Source of the DNA: an uncultured Hormoscilla sp. | GTDB taxonomy: Bacteria > Cyanobacteriota > Cyanobacteriia > Cyanobacteriales > Desertifilaceae | NCBI GenBank assembly: GCA_963921275.4 | Contig: OZ001293.3 | Location: 4,896,001-4,960,000, forward strand | DNA length: 64,000 nt | Reading direction: 5' to 3' | Shown: positions 46,985-58,502 of the stretch, piece after piece | Position numbering within the stretch: position 1 is the first letter of the stretch | Layout of the letters: each line of letters starts with the position of its first letter | The notes under the pieces: model-generated | What the model was told of the DNA's origin: nothing | What the model saw: the letters and a program-made list of their open reading frames with translations, nothing else | Database searches by the model: none | Program-made: the position numbers and the translations under genes

Positions 46985-48286
46985 ATGAACCAGATCGCCC
47001 CTCAATTAGAAAGCATAGTCAGTCCATCATCTGTGGTCAGCTTCTCGCGCCTGGAAGTAAGGCAACGAGAAAGGTTCCAACGGGCATTAGCGCCAGGGGA
47101 GACGCCGGAGGTCATCGTCTATCCAAACAGTCCAGAGGAACTGGGCGCAGTCTTACAACTGGCATCGGAGCAAAACTGGCGGGTACTGACCTGTGGGAAT
47201 GGGAGTAAGATCGACTGGGGAGGTTTGGTGCATCCTGTAGATACGATCGTCAGCACTGCACGGCTGAACCAGTTGATCGAACACGCCGTTGATGACTTAA
47301 CCCTGACAGTAGCAGCGGGGGTGAAATTTGTCCAGATAGAAGAGATGTTAGCAGGTCACAATCAATTTCTGGCCCTGGACCCCGCCTATCCCGAAGATGC
47401 TACCATTGGCGGGATCGTTGCTACTGCTGATACTGGTAGCTGGCGACAGCGTTATGGTGGCGTCCGCGACAGGTTAATCGGCATTTCTTTCGTTCGCAGT
47501 GATGGTAAAATCGTCAAAGCTGGCGGTCGGGTGGTGAAAAATGTGGCGGGTTACGATTTGATGAAGCTGTTGACTGGTAGCTATGGAACCTTGGGGGTCA
47601 TCAGTCAAGTTATCCTGCGCCTTTATCCTCTACCCGAGGCGTCGGGAACGGTGGTGTTAGCAGGAAAAGCAGAGGCGATCGACCGAGCAACCCGCACTCT
47701 GTTAAACTCGGCCTTAACCCCGACAGCAGCAGACCTGACTTGTGACAGTGAGGGGATAAAATTAATTGCCCGTTTCCAAAGTATAGCAGAAAGCGTTAAA
47801 CAACAGTCAGATAGACTACTGGAAGTCGGACAAGCGCTGGGTTTAGAGGGGATTTTGTATTCGGAGACAGATGAGGTTAATCTATGGAAAGGATTACGAG
47901 AACCAATCTGGAAATCTGGCGCAACAGCCCCAATTATCTGTAAAATAGGAGTAAGACCGACGGCAGCTGTGGGTACCATGACTTTCTGCCAGAAAATGTC
48001 TGCAACCTCGATTTTTCGCGCAGCGTTCGCAAGTGTAATTCATGCCCGCACCGGGTTAGGACTGTTGCGATCGGATGCCATGCGGTCTACCCAGCTGCTG
48101 AAAATGCGATCGCACATAGGGAGTAAAGGCGGTTTCCTCACAGTTTTATCAGCACCGGTAGAGTTAAAGCAAAAGATAGATGTTTGGGGTTACAAGGGGA
48201 ATGCAATAGAGATTATGCGGGGCATCAAACAGCAGTTCGATCCCCAAAATATCTTGAGTCCCCACCGTTTTGTCGGTGGGATGTAA
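46985..48286 (+). CDS. glcE: Glycolate oxidase FAD-binding subunit GlcE
   Basis: ATIGG, KAGGRVVKNVAGYDLMKLLTGSYGTLG; lies between glcD and glcF. Confidence 0.92.
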   Translation: MNQIAPQLESIVSPSSVVSFSRLEVRQRERFQRALAPGETPEVIVYPNSPEELGAVLQLASEQNWRVLTCGNGSKIDWGGLVHPVDTIVSTARLNQLIEHAVDDLTLTVAAGVKFVQIEEMLAGHNQFLALDPAYPEDATIGGIVATADTGSWRQRYGGVRDRLIGISFVRSDGKIVKAGGRVVKNVAGYDLMKLLTGSYGTLGVISQVILRLYPLPEASGTVVLAGKAEAIDRATRTLLNSALTPTAADLTCDSEGIKLIARFQSIAESVKQQSDRLLEVGQALGLEGILYSETDEVNLWKGLREPIWKSGATAPIICKIGVRPTAAVGTMTFCQKMSATSIFRAAFASVIHARTGLGLLRSDAMRSTQLLKMRSHIGSKGGFLTVLSAPVELKQKIDVWGYKGNAIEIMRGIKQQFDPQNILSPHRFVGGM

Positions 48287-48393
48287 TCAAAGTAAAAATG
48301 AAGCCACCAGGTTTTGACAAAAAACCTGGTTTCTGGGCTAGAATAGGGCAGGCAATAGATATTAGCTGATCGTACATCTATATTACCAAAAAA

Positions 48394-49773
48394 ATGCAAA
48401 CTTTAGAAAAGTTAACAAATGATTTCAGGCCAGCTAAAGAAAGTAAATTCCTGCGGCAAAACCCCCATATTAACCCAGGTTTTGACGAGCAAAACCCTCC
48501 GAAACAAGAGTTAATAGATGCTTGCGTTCACTGCGGGTTTTGTTTATCTAATTGTCCCAGCTATCGGGTAATTGGTAAAGAGATGGACTCTCCCAGGGGG
48601 CGAATTTATCTCATGGATGGAATCAATAAAGGTGAGGCCCCCTTGGCGGAGGTCACATCTCAACATTTTGATTCTTGCTTGGGTTGTCTTGCCTGTGTTA
48701 GTACCTGTCCTTCTGGCGTTCAGTACGATAAACTGATTTCGGCCACTCGTCATCAAGTCGAACGCAATATCCCCCGGACTTGGCCCGATCGCCTGGTGAG
48801 AACTCTGATCTTTAACCTGTTTCCCTACCCTAACCGCTTGCGGACCTTATTAGCGCCCCTCTATCTCTATCAGAAATTGGGGTTGCAAAAAATGGTGCGC
48901 TCGACAGGTTTATTGAACAAAATCTTCCCGCGCCTAGGGGCGATGGAGGCAATTTTACCACAGATTAACTTGAGTGCTTTCTGGAATACATTACCAGATG
49001 TAATTCCGGCCCAAGGGGAAAAACGCTACCGGGTGGGAGTAATTTTAGGTTGCGTGCAACGGTTATTCTTTTCTCCCGTGAATGAAGCTACGGTGCGGGT
49101 TTTAACAGCGAATGGTTGTGAAGTTGTCATTCCCAAAACCCAAGGTTGCTGTGCGGCGCTACCGGAACATCAGGGACAAACAGACCAGGCCCAAGCATTG
49201 GCCAGACAGATGATAGATAGCTTTACCGGGACGGGGGTAGATTATATAATCATTAATGCCGCAGGTTGCGGTCATACCCTGAAAGAATACGGACATATGC
49301 TGGCAGATGACCCCAATTATAGGGAAAAAGTGAAAGCATTTGTCAGTAAAGTCAGGGACGTGCAAGAGTTTTTGGCAGAGGTAGGATTGACGGCGCAACT
49401 TTCACCATTGCAGGATGGAGAGTTAACAATAGTATATCAAGATGCTTGTCATTTATTGCACGGACAAAAAATTAGCGTGCAACCGCGTCAGCTATTGCAG
49501 CAAATTCCGGGAGTCAAGCTGCGGGAACCCCTAGATGCAGCCTTGTGCTGTGGCAGTGCGGGGGTTTATAATATGCTGCAACCAGAAGTGGCCGATGAAT
49601 TGGGACAGCAAAAGGTGAAAAATTTGTTAAATACGGGTGCGGAGTTAATAGCTTCTGCTAACCCCGGTTGTTCCTTGCAAATTAAGAAGCATTTGCAAGG
49701 AAAGGAAATGACGCTGATGCATCCGATGGAATTGTTGGATTATTCCATTCGCGGGATGAAGTTGCCAATTTGA
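48394..49773 (+). CDS. glcF: Glycolate oxidase iron-sulfur subunit GlcF
   Basis: CVHCGFCLSNCP and CLGCLACVSTCP 4Fe-4S motifs; two CCG-type domains. Confidence 0.93.
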   Translation: MQTLEKLTNDFRPAKESKFLRQNPHINPGFDEQNPPKQELIDACVHCGFCLSNCPSYRVIGKEMDSPRGRIYLMDGINKGEAPLAEVTSQHFDSCLGCLACVSTCPSGVQYDKLISATRHQVERNIPRTWPDRLVRTLIFNLFPYPNRLRTLLAPLYLYQKLGLQKMVRSTGLLNKIFPRLGAMEAILPQINLSAFWNTLPDVIPAQGEKRYRVGVILGCVQRLFFSPVNEATVRVLTANGCEVVIPKTQGCCAALPEHQGQTDQAQALARQMIDSFTGTGVDYIIINAAGCGHTLKEYGHMLADDPNYREKVKAFVSKVRDVQEFLAEVGLTAQLSPLQDGELTIVYQDACHLLHGQKISVQPRQLLQQIPGVKLREPLDAALCCGSAGVYNMLQPEVADELGQQKVKNLLNTGAELIASANPGCSLQIKKHLQGKEMTLMHPMELLDYSIRGMKLPI

Positions 49774-49778
49774 ATTAA

Positions 49779-49812
49779 GAAACCCGGTTTTTACAGAAAA
49801 CCGGGTTTCTGG
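49779..49812. terminator. REP-like palindrome / possible terminator after glcF
   Basis: AAACCCGGTTTT..AAAACCGGGTTT; related copies near 48308, 57580 and 59737, each just after a gene end. Confidence 0.6.
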
Positions 49813-50111
49813 GCTCCGAAGCGAATATGGCAGTAGCTTTCATTGAGATGCACCCGATGGCGCCGCCCTCACCCGTTCCCAGGCTCCGCCGTGGGAACGA
49901 GGGGTGGGACTACATGAACAAAGCAATGTCCGGAGCGAGCGTAGCATGGCAACCTTCCTGCGATGTCTCCTGTGTGCCGATAGCGCTACGCTGGGGGCGC
50001 AGCCATGTCCCCTGGGACAAGAGCTCTGGCAGAGATATCGAAGCGGGCTTAATTTCAAAATTGAGATGAGCCCAACAATATCTACTATATCGAGTTCTTT
50101 AAGTATAAAGG

Positions 50112-50909
50112 GTGATGACTGAATCTAGCAGAGATGAAGAGTATGTCAGACTCATAACCAGCCCACTTTTGAGCTGTATGAGATACAGACCTAAGTTTGG
50201 TCGCGGTGCAGGATTAACGCTAGAAGAATTTCAAAGATTGTATCAGGCTGACCCTTTTTACTCGTGGTTTGGCTTAGACTCGCCTCTAATGTACTCTGCT
50301 CACAAAGCTGCTGGTGGTATAACATCAGTTTATAGACAAATTAGTCTTGGTTGTCAGCGGCTTGTTCAACGCATTTTCATGGATATCCTTAGTCTAACAG
50401 AAGCAGAATCAACCTGGTATTACCAGATTCAAGCAACAAGTGGGAGGACCAGAACTCTGTCCCTTGACGCCAGAATACCGATAGCCGCTGTGCCAGCTTC
50501 ACACCAACAAAGATTCGTTAGCTGGCTGCAAGATGCTTGCCAAGCAACACAGGTATCAGAGGATGTGAGCAGAATTATTAAAGGAGCTGTTTTTGAGGTC
50601 AGGCAAGGCTATAAAAGTAAAGACTCTAAGCGTCAGAACGCTGATATTGCCAATGCAGCCGCCGCCTACTCAGAAGCATATTTACCAGTTATACTTTTGC
50701 TTTCGATACAGATGGATATTAACGTTGCTTACCGTTACAGAAATGCACGCTGGTTAATTCTTTATGGTACAATCACAGGAGCGACAACAGATTCCACCTA
50801 TGAATTTTTTCGTCAGGTACTGAACTACGACTTGGCAGATTTCTTTCAACACCACTCCTCTAGGTTTAGGCAGGAAATGGAATCAGTCCTGCAAACTCTG
50901 CTACAGTAA
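50112..50909 (+). CDS. Putative type II restriction endonuclease (hypothetical protein)
   Basis: Directly upstream of a DNA methyltransferase; LSLDARI..VFEVRQGYKS resembles a PD-(D/E)xK-type core (inference). Confidence 0.55.
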   Translation: MMTESSRDEEYVRLITSPLLSCMRYRPKFGRGAGLTLEEFQRLYQADPFYSWFGLDSPLMYSAHKAAGGITSVYRQISLGCQRLVQRIFMDILSLTEAESTWYYQIQATSGRTRTLSLDARIPIAAVPASHQQRFVSWLQDACQATQVSEDVSRIIKGAVFEVRQGYKSKDSKRQNADIANAAAAYSEAYLPVILLLSIQMDINVAYRYRNARWLILYGTITGATTDSTYEFFRQVLNYDLADFFQHHSSRFRQEMESVLQTLLQ

Positions 50910-50919
50910 CCACAGTAAC

Positions 50920-52134
50920 ATGATTTCTCAAAGATCCGATCTAACATTCAAACATAATCTCAAGCAAGGAAGGCATGGTTGGCTGCGCCTGACTCCTGCC
51001 TATTCAATCAAGATAGTTCAGAATGTGCTAGCTTCTACAGGCAAACCCGAATTTGTCCTCGATACCTTTTCTGGAACTGGGACTACAGGATTAGTATGTG
51101 CTGAACTGGGAATCAAAAGTGACCTAGTAGAAATAAATCCATTTTTAGTTTGGTTAGCAGCAGCAAAGACTGCCCATTATCATGCTGACGAACTAGATGC
51201 AGCTAATGCATTAGCTCGTGATGTTGCCTCCAAAGTATGTCATAATATGACTGTTGAAGATCTGTGGATTCCGCCTCTCAATTATATCGATCACTGGTGG
51301 CTTCCAGGAAGATTGATCGTCTTGGCAAATCTCTTCGATCAGCTGAAAAACATCCGCACCCGAGGTGAAACTGCCGCCGTGAAACTATGTCTCATAGCCT
51401 TCTGTAAAGTAGTTATTAACTGGTCGAATGCGGCTTTTAATCATCAATCGATGTCATTTAAGAAGCATCATCAGAGGTTTTTGCCAGAAGAGCGAGATAT
51501 GATAATTAATGATTTTATCACTCAAGTCCAGCAGATTACCGCATCAGCAAATCTACCTGTTTTGAGCAAAGTTACCATCCATCAAGGAGATTCTCGTTGC
51601 CTCGATCGCCTGTTATCTAGAACCTATGACTGCGTAATTACTTCACCTCCTTATCCTAACAGGATGAGTTATATCCGAGAAGTGCGACCCTATATGTATT
51701 GGTTGGGTTTTCTTAAGTCAGCGCGGGAAGCAGGAGAATTAGATTGGCAAGCAATTGGCGGCACTTGGGGGATAGCTACATCCCGCTTGCGATCGTGGCA
51801 ACCTGGAAATATGAAAATCCTTCATGAAGGATTTGAGAATACGATCGAACAAATTTCCGTTCAAAGTCCTATCCTTGGTAATTATGTCCACAAGTATTTT
51901 GGCGATATTGCCACTCACTTCGATCGCCTCAGTCGAGTTTTGGCAGCGGGGGCGAAAATATGCTATATTGTAGGAAATTATAAGTTTTACGATACCCTGG
52001 TGCCAGTGGAGCAGATTTACATGAGCTTGCTGAGGGAATATGGATTTAGTAATGTCAGCAGTGCTGTGCTGAGGAAGAGAAACTCGAAAAAAGAACTTTA
52101 TGAATTTGCCGTGTCCGCAGACTGGTTAGGATAA
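50920..52134 (+). CDS. DNA amino-methyltransferase (N4-cytosine type SPPY)
   Basis: VLDTFSGTGTT motif I preceding VITSPPY motif IV. Confidence 0.88.
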   Translation: MISQRSDLTFKHNLKQGRHGWLRLTPAYSIKIVQNVLASTGKPEFVLDTFSGTGTTGLVCAELGIKSDLVEINPFLVWLAAAKTAHYHADELDAANALARDVASKVCHNMTVEDLWIPPLNYIDHWWLPGRLIVLANLFDQLKNIRTRGETAAVKLCLIAFCKVVINWSNAAFNHQSMSFKKHHQRFLPEERDMIINDFITQVQQITASANLPVLSKVTIHQGDSRCLDRLLSRTYDCVITSPPYPNRMSYIREVRPYMYWLGFLKSAREAGELDWQAIGGTWGIATSRLRSWQPGNMKILHEGFENTIEQISVQSPILGNYVHKYFGDIATHFDRLSRVLAAGAKICYIVGNYKFYDTLVPVEQIYMSLLREYGFSNVSSAVLRKRNSKKELYEFAVSADWLG

Positions 52135-52155
52135 TTGGTAAACTGTCAATTTAGG

Positions 52156-52565
52156 TTAACTTTTAATCAGCTGACTGGGAGTGAGAATACGAGAAGTAAC
52201 CACCTGTGTGGGAAAATCTTGGGGGTTGCGGGTGATGATCGCCTCCAAATTATTCACTACAGCAGTAGAACACTGAATAGCATCCTCCAGTCAGTGACAT
52301 CAGCATTTAGCGCCATTTCTATTGCCGCGTGGTTGACGGTAGCAATTTGGGAGTACGTGACTAACCATGTCAAAAAATCCCTTGTCCATCCTCGACCTCT
52401 TCCTCTCCGGATAATATAATAGATATCGCTAAACGTCGAGGCGGAAATATATCCTTCAATTTCCCCCTGAACGACCAGCAATAAAACTTGTTGACTCGCC
52501 TCAAAATGTGGCAGACTTTCAAGGGCAACGTCTACGATGACATTGGTATCTAGCAGTATTCTCAC
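52156..52565 (-). pseudogene. PIN-domain (VapC-like) toxin, frameshifted
   Basis: MRILLDTNVIVD; frameshift near 52290, after which EDAIQ..IITRNPQDF continues in another frame. Confidence 0.8.
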
Positions 52566-52855
52566 AGGTTATGCTGGGTCTTCAAATATTCCCATTTCGC
52601 TCGCTCTGGGTCAAAGTCAGTCGGAAGCGATGGGGCACTTGCCAGTAAATCTCTGAGTGATTTGATCTGAGATGGGCGTTGTTGTTTAGAGATCTCCGCT
52701 TGCGCTACAGTAGCTGGCATTGGATCATTGGACACTACTGCTACTGGTTGCAAGACGACGATCGCTTCCACCTCTCCGGGGGACATTTTAATCGGTGACC
52801 GAATAATTAAGTAACCGTCACTGTCGATCGTGCCCTTCATTTTATATGCTTGCAT
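52562..52855 (-). CDS. Putative antitoxin of the PIN toxin
   Basis: MQAYKMKGTID..PGEVE..KWEYLK; 4-nt overlap with the PIN gene. Confidence 0.7.
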   Translation of the reverse strand: MQAYKMKGTIDSDGYLIIRSPIKMSPGEVEAIVVLQPVAVVSNDPMPATVAQAEISKQQRPSQIKSLRDLLASAPSLPTDFDPERAKWEYLKTQHNL

Positions 52856-53684
52856 CTTTCCCCTCCATGTTTTTCTAGTCTAGCATGGTTCTTTGCTTTT
52901 AGGTGCAAAGCTCGATCGAATTTGCTACAATCGTAAATACGGCTTTTGCCTCATCCCAACAACGCGCCCAGTCTCTCTCAGAGAATACAGTGCCATGATC
53001 CAACCCAGACCCCAACCCATAACCTTTAGCGAACCCATTGCGTCCGGGCACAGGGTCGCGCCGGGGCACGGCGGTATTACATTGATAAAATTTGCCGATC
53101 TTGAGTTGATGCCGTCGTGTCTCTCGGGAGATCGATGTCTCCTGGGTAGTGCGAATAGCGCTCCCAGGAGACATCGTAGTCGCACTACCCGAGAGACATC
53201 GCCCCCACATTTCTTTTGCTCACCCATACCATCTGCCGTTTCGAAACCAACTGGTGCAAGACCACACCCGAACTTGAGCAATGTGATACGACTCTTCCGT
53301 TCCCGGGCGGGTGGCGAATTTGTTTGACAGTATATTGTTGAAAAAGATGACATGGCTTTCTTTATTTAATCCGTAACAGCTTTTCAGTTTAGTCCCAATC
53401 TAGTTATACCAGAATTTCTCATTATTGCCAGTCAAGCTTGTCCAAACCTTGTTTCTGGGATATTTGGCTAGTTAACAAAGTTCATGACGGACTCGGCGGC
53501 GATCGCCCCTTAACAACCCAGAAGGCGATCGCCTTTTTCTTATTCCAAAAGTTTCTCGATCGAGACTCCAATTTGTCGAAATGCCAGGGGTATAACTTCT
53601 CCTCTTTTAACAGTCTGTTTTGTCATATATTTACCATTTTGGGATTCTCTAAACACGACCATCTGCTGGGCAGTGTCTCCTGGT

Positions 53685-53765
53685 CGCTCGATGTCTCCGG
53701 AGAGCTCGATGTCTCCGGAGAGCTCGATGTCTTCTGGGAGCTCGATGTCCCCAGCTCGATGTTTC
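53685..53765. repeat. 18-nt tandem repeat, about 4-5 degenerate copies
   Basis: GCTCGATGTCTCCGGAGA units. Confidence 0.85.
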
Positions 53766-54082
53766 CCGGGGCGAGGCGTCTCCTGATCGACTTTTATTAT
53801 ATTATTTGAGAAAAAGATTCTTACAAATGAAAGTCTGTAATCGATAAATTTTCCAAGTAATAAACAGCACTCGATCCCCCCAAACCCCCCTTAAAAAGGG
53901 GGGCTATGAAAGCCTTTCAAGGGTATGTTTTTTAGATTTGGCAACCTTCACAACTACTCGCGCAGGCTGAAACCCTGAATTTTACGTTGTGGAGGGAACT
54001 CTCCGAGAAATCGAGGCTAAATGGCTCGATTAAAAAGTTGTTAGTTGTTAGTTGTCAGTTGTTAGTTGTTAATTTTCAATTC

Positions 54083-55237
54083 TCAATTTTCAGTATCTAA
54101 GCGCTGCCAAGTCAGTTTTCTAGTCGATTCATCTAGATGCCAGCGGAGTAAAGAAGCAGGTAGATCGGGTGCCAAACCCAAAAGCCCGATCGCCCGTCTG
54201 GGTGCTTCTGTGGCCCAGGCGATCGCCTCTGGTACTTTATGAATGCCCCATTTTACCAAATTCTGCACCCCTGCCAACAGGGGCAAAGTCGTCCCCGCCA
54301 GGGTTCCGTCCAACAATCTTGCCGTACCATTTTCCACCTGAATCTGACGCTTATCCCAAGGATACATCCCATCAGGTAATCCCAAAGGTGCCAGAGCATC
54401 GCTAACTAAAAATATCCCCTGGGGGCGAGTGCGTGCCAACAAATCCATCATCGTCGGACAGACATGCCGACCATCAGCAATTAAACCGCATTGTACCCGA
54501 TCGTTAACCAGGGCAGCACCTAACAATCCCGGCTCCCGATGATGTAAACTAGGCATAGCATTAAAAGCATGAGTTACCATTGATGCTCCTCCTGCAAAGG
54601 CCAGATTCGCTTCTGCTGCCGTAGCTTGAGAATGTCCCAGACTCACTTTAATACTCAACTCTCGTAAATAAGGAATTACCTTACCCGTAGCATCTAATTC
54701 TGGTGCCAGAGTCATCACCTTCACCACCCCAGGGTAATCTCCCAGCACCCTCTTGACATTTTCTATTGTTAGTGGTAATAAATATTCAGCTCGATGAGCG
54801 CCGCGTTTGGCGGGATTCAGAAATGGTCCTTCCAGATGAACGCCCAAAATTTGGGCCCCCTGCTGTCCAACGCCCGCGCACTCCGAGAAGATCGAGAGCG
54901 ATCGCTGGATTTTTTCTACCGCCGTCGTCATCAGGGTGGGCAAAAAAGCATCAACACCCTGATGCCAGAGGAATTGACAAATTTCTCCGACCTTGGTAAT
55001 GTGTTCAGAATCGACATCGGTAAAAGCTAAACCCAAGGCACCATTAATCTGTAAATCGACGCCACCCAAAGAAAGCCAATCTCCTGCCATATCTAGCACT
55101 TGGGTAGCCGCAGTATCAGACTTGTTGGTACTCATGGGAGCTATAGATGCGATCGCCCCTCTGCGGATCCGAAGCATCTGTTTAGACTCGTATCCAGGCA
55201 ATAAGGCATTAATAAGATCTATCTGATATTCTTTCAC
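54083..55237 (-). CDS. nagA: N-acetylglucosamine-6-phosphate deacetylase
   Basis: [42 protein letters not shown] start after GGAGG. Confidence 0.93.
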   Translation of the reverse strand: MKEYQIDLINALLPGYESKQMLRIRRGAIASIAPMSTNKSDTAATQVLDMAGDWLSLGGVDLQINGALGLAFTDVDSEHITKVGEICQFLWHQGVDAFLPTLMTTAVEKIQRSLSIFSECAGVGQQGAQILGVHLEGPFLNPAKRGAHRAEYLLPLTIENVKRVLGDYPGVVKVMTLAPELDATGKVIPYLRELSIKVSLGHSQATAAEANLAFAGGASMVTHAFNAMPSLHHREPGLLGAALVNDRVQCGLIADGRHVCPTMMDLLARTRPQGIFLVSDALAPLGLPDGMYPWDKRQIQVENGTARLLDGTLAGTTLPLLAGVQNLVKWGIHKVPEAIAWATEAPRRAIGLLGLAPDLPASLLRWHLDESTRKLTWQRLDTEN

Positions 55238-55284
55238 CTTCTTCCAACCTCCGGGCAGGCAATCCGCCCGCCCTACGTAATAAC

Positions 55285-55806
55285 ATGAATCAACCATTAA
55301 TTGGCATCATCATGGGCAGCGATTCTGACTTGCCCACCATGAAAGAGGCGATCGCAGTCTGCGAAGAATTCGAGATTGAATGCGAAGTCGCGATCGTTTC
55401 CGCCCACCGCACCCCAGAGAGAATGGTAACATATGCTCAGCAGGCGCACAAGCGGGGTTTAAAAGTGATTATTGCCGGTGCCGGTGGAGCGGCCCATCTC
55501 CCCGGGATGGTAGCTTCCCTCACCCCCTTGCCAGTGATCGGCGTTCCCGTACCCACTTGCCATCTGCAAGGGGTGGACTCTCTCTATTCCATCGTGCAGA
55601 TGCCCCGAGGCATCCCCGTGGCCACCGTGGCCATCGGCAATGCCAGAAATGCTGGCTTACTAGCCGTGCAGATTTTAGCAACCGGTCAGCCAGAATCACA
55701 AGAGCGAGTGCAGCAATATCGCCAAACTCTCACCCAGTCAGTGATGGCAAAGCAGGAACGGCTGGAGGATCTAGGATATCAACAATATCTCAGCCAAATG
55801 TCTTAA
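55285..55806 (+). CDS. purE: N5-carboxyaminoimidazole ribonucleotide mutase
   Basis: [40 protein letters not shown]. Confidence 0.97.
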   Translation: MNQPLIGIIMGSDSDLPTMKEAIAVCEEFEIECEVAIVSAHRTPERMVTYAQQAHKRGLKVIIAGAGGAAHLPGMVASLTPLPVIGVPVPTCHLQGVDSLYSIVQMPRGIPVATVAIGNARNAGLLAVQILATGQPESQERVQQYRQTLTQSVMAKQERLEDLGYQQYLSQMS

Positions 55807-55839
55807 AAAATCCTGTATAAGGTAAAATTAACAATATTC

Positions 55840-55855
55840 TGTATCTCAATATACA
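55840..55855. promoter_or_regulatory. NtcA binding site upstream of amt
   Basis: TGTA-TCTCAATA-TACA (GTA-N8-TAC) with extended palindromic flanks AATATTC/GAATATT. Confidence 0.8.
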
Positions 55856-56009
55856 GAATATTCCACAGAGACTTGATGCAATCTATGTATCTTGCTTCTC
55901 GCTCATCTGTGTCATTTGATTATAGATGGCGGTGAGAAGGAAGCTCATACATGTGAGCAATGGAAATTAACAGCTGATATAATTTGCCATTGTCAGTGCT
56001 TTCCTTTTG

Positions 56010-57518
56010 ATGTCTAAACTAATGCCAAAAAACAAATTGAAAAATAGCAAAGTTCGGGAATCTTTGAGCTTTGATGCCAGGAATATCCTAGGAAAAATAG
56101 GAGTGGGAAAATTATCATATAGCTGGCTCGCATGCATTCCCCTAACAGCCCTGATTGTTGGAATCTGGAGTTTGGCAGCTACGGCCCAAGAAACAGCCGA
56201 TCTGTCAGATGTTCAATACGTTCAGGGGGTATTAAACGCCATCTGGATAGTAGTAGCAGCCGTGCTGGTGATCTTCATGAATGCTGGTTTCGGCATGTTA
56301 GAAACGGGCTTCTGTCGCCATAAAAATGCCGTCAACATTCTGGCCAAAAACCTGATCGTATTTGCGATCGCCACGATCGTATTTTGGGCGTTGGGTTTTG
56401 CCTTGATGTTCGGTCAGGGCAGTCCCTTCATGGGATTTAGCGGCTTCTTCTTGCTCAGTGAAGACCCCGCGACCTACGGACTCGATCCCTTTCCCGCAGG
56501 CTTGCCCATATCAGTCTTTTTCCTATTTCAGGTAGCTTTTGCTGCCACCGCAGCCACGATCGTATCTGGGGCAGTAGCCGAACGGATTGAGTTCATCGCC
56601 TTTTTAATCTTCAGCGTCTTGATCGTCGGGATTTCCTACCCGATCACCGGACATTGGGTATGGGGTGGCGGCTGGCTGGGGGAAATGGGCTTCTCCGACT
56701 TTGCTGGCTCTACGGTTGTCCATTCAGTCGGTGGCTGGGCGGCCCTAGTGGGAGCATTCTTGCTCGGGCCACGAGGCGGCAAGTACGATGAAGACGGTAA
56801 ACCTCGGGCCATTCCCGGTCACAACATGAGTATTGCTACCCTGGGCTGCTTGATTCTGTGGATCGGCTGGTTTGGCTTCAACCCAGGTTCGCAATTAGCT
56901 GCCGACGAGACAGTTCCCTTTATTGCGGTAACCACCAACTTAGCTGGAGCTGCAGGGGGCGTGACCGCAACCTTCACCTCTTGGGTCAAAGATGGTAAGC
57001 CCGACTTGTCGATGATAATCAATGGTATCCTGGCAGGCTTAGTGGGTATTACCGCTGGTTGCGATGGTGTTTCTTACTTGGGCGCTGTAATTATTGGTGC
57101 CATTGCGGGGGTCATCGTCGTGTTCTCCGTCGGCTTCTTTGACAAGATCAAAATTGACGACCCGGTGGGGGCAACCTCCGTTCACTTGGTTAATGGTATT
57201 TGGGGAACCCTTGCAGTGGGACTCTTTAATACAGAGTCGGGCTTGTTTTATGGCGGCGGTCCCCAGCAACTGATGAACCAAATCATTGGCATTGTGGCGA
57301 TCGGAGCCTTTACAGTCATTACAAGCTTCATCTTCTGGAAGGCGATCGAAGCAACTGTGGGTATGCGGGTCAGCGAAGAACATGAATTTGAGGGTTTGGA
57401 CATTTCCGAACATGGCATGGAAGCCTACAGTGGGTTCCTCAAGGAGAGTGGTGCTCTAGGGGGCGGTGGCGAAATGGCAGGTAGCCACGGCGATTTCACA
57501 GGTACTCGGCTCCAGTAA
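56010..57518 (+). CDS. amt: Ammonium transporter
   Basis: [47 protein letters not shown]. Start uncertain. Confidence 0.97.
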   Translation: MSKLMPKNKLKNSKVRESLSFDARNILGKIGVGKLSYSWLACIPLTALIVGIWSLAATAQETADLSDVQYVQGVLNAIWIVVAAVLVIFMNAGFGMLETGFCRHKNAVNILAKNLIVFAIATIVFWALGFALMFGQGSPFMGFSGFFLLSEDPATYGLDPFPAGLPISVFFLFQVAFAATAATIVSGAVAERIEFIAFLIFSVLIVGISYPITGHWVWGGGWLGEMGFSDFAGSTVVHSVGGWAALVGAFLLGPRGGKYDEDGKPRAIPGHNMSIATLGCLILWIGWFGFNPGSQLAADETVPFIAVTTNLAGAAGGVTATFTSWVKDGKPDLSMIINGILAGLVGITAGCDGVSYLGAVIIGAIAGVIVVFSVGFFDKIKIDDPVGATSVHLVNGIWGTLAVGLFNTESGLFYGGGPQQLMNQIIGIVAIGAFTVITSFIFWKAIEATVGMRVSEEHEFEGLDISEHGMEAYSGFLKESGALGGGGEMAGSHGDFTGTRLQ

Positions 57519-57711
57519 CAATTGTACCAATTGTTAATTGTTCATCTGCCTTGAGCCATTTGAAGGGAAATAGACCTCTAACCCGGTTTTTGTCAAAACC
57601 GGGTTTCTCAATTTAAGCAAATCCTCCCGGTTGAGAGTGCCAGACAGAATATAGAAAGCTATAATGGAATAGTTGCGGCTTAGAAGGGTACGATAATCTA
57701 GGAGATCAATT

Positions 57712-58392
57712 ATGGTAAAATCAGAATCTTCTTTACGTTGGCTTACTAGCGACGAGCTACCAGGCTCGGACGAAACTCCTGTGGATAATGAACTGCAGAA
57801 TTTAGTCCCCAACCTATTGGGGTTAATATTAGGCTCCCTCTGGGGAAACCGCTGGGATTGGTTTTTTGGAGTAGATATGGGGATTTATTTCCGAAGCTCT
57901 TGGGCCAATCCCCGAGTGCCGATTGTCCCGGATGGTTTTCTCAGCTTGGGGGTAGATCGGGTGAAGGGCAATAGATTAAGAAAGAGTTACTTTGTTTGGG
58001 AAGAGAAGGATATTATTCCTACGCTGGTCCTGGAAGTGGTATCGGAAAAATATGGAGGGGAATACCAGGAAAAAATGAACAAATATGCCCGGTTGGGGGT
58101 GCTGTACTATGTGATTTACAATCCGGAGTTTTTCGCCAGACATAAAGAACAACCATTTGAGGTGTATAAGTTAGTAAATAAAACTTATCGACTACAGTTG
58201 GGAGAACTAGTATGGATGCCGGAGATTGGTTTGGGAATCGGTCGCGGCACGGGAACTTGTTGGGGATTGACTCAAGAGTGGCTGTTTTGGTATGACGAGC
58301 AGGAAAATCGGTATCTCACTCCAGAAGAGACGGTCACAGAAATGTCTCAACTGCTAGCTCGCTATCGAGAGCAGTTTGGGGAATTGCCATAA
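57712..58392 (+). CDS. Uma2 family endonuclease
   Basis: LPGSDETPVDNELQ, VPDGFLSLGV, LEVVS. Confidence 0.9.
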   Translation: MVKSESSLRWLTSDELPGSDETPVDNELQNLVPNLLGLILGSLWGNRWDWFFGVDMGIYFRSSWANPRVPIVPDGFLSLGVDRVKGNRLRKSYFVWEEKDIIPTLVLEVVSEKYGGEYQEKMNKYARLGVLYYVIYNPEFFARHKEQPFEVYKLVNKTYRLQLGELVWMPEIGLGIGRGTGTCWGLTQEWLFWYDEQENRYLTPEETVTEMSQLLARYREQFGELP

Positions 58393-58403
58393 AGATAATA
58401 GGC

Positions 58404-58433
58404 GCGGTGAGGGGGTGACGGCTCCCTCACCGC
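58404..58433 (+). terminator. GC-rich hairpin after the Uma2 gene
   Basis: GCGGTGAGGG..CCCTCACCGC 10-bp stem; weak U-tract. Confidence 0.45.
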
Positions 58434-58502
58434 TTCAACCGGGCAAGGCGCAATCTCTGAAGATCGCCTATAATAAAAATTAGCAATATTAGCCAATAGC
58501 CA

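Noticed and set aside
52893..53353. Overlapping ORFs of 103-144 aa
   Set aside because: No recognisable family, and the region contains nested palindromic elements; cannot be supported as a gene.
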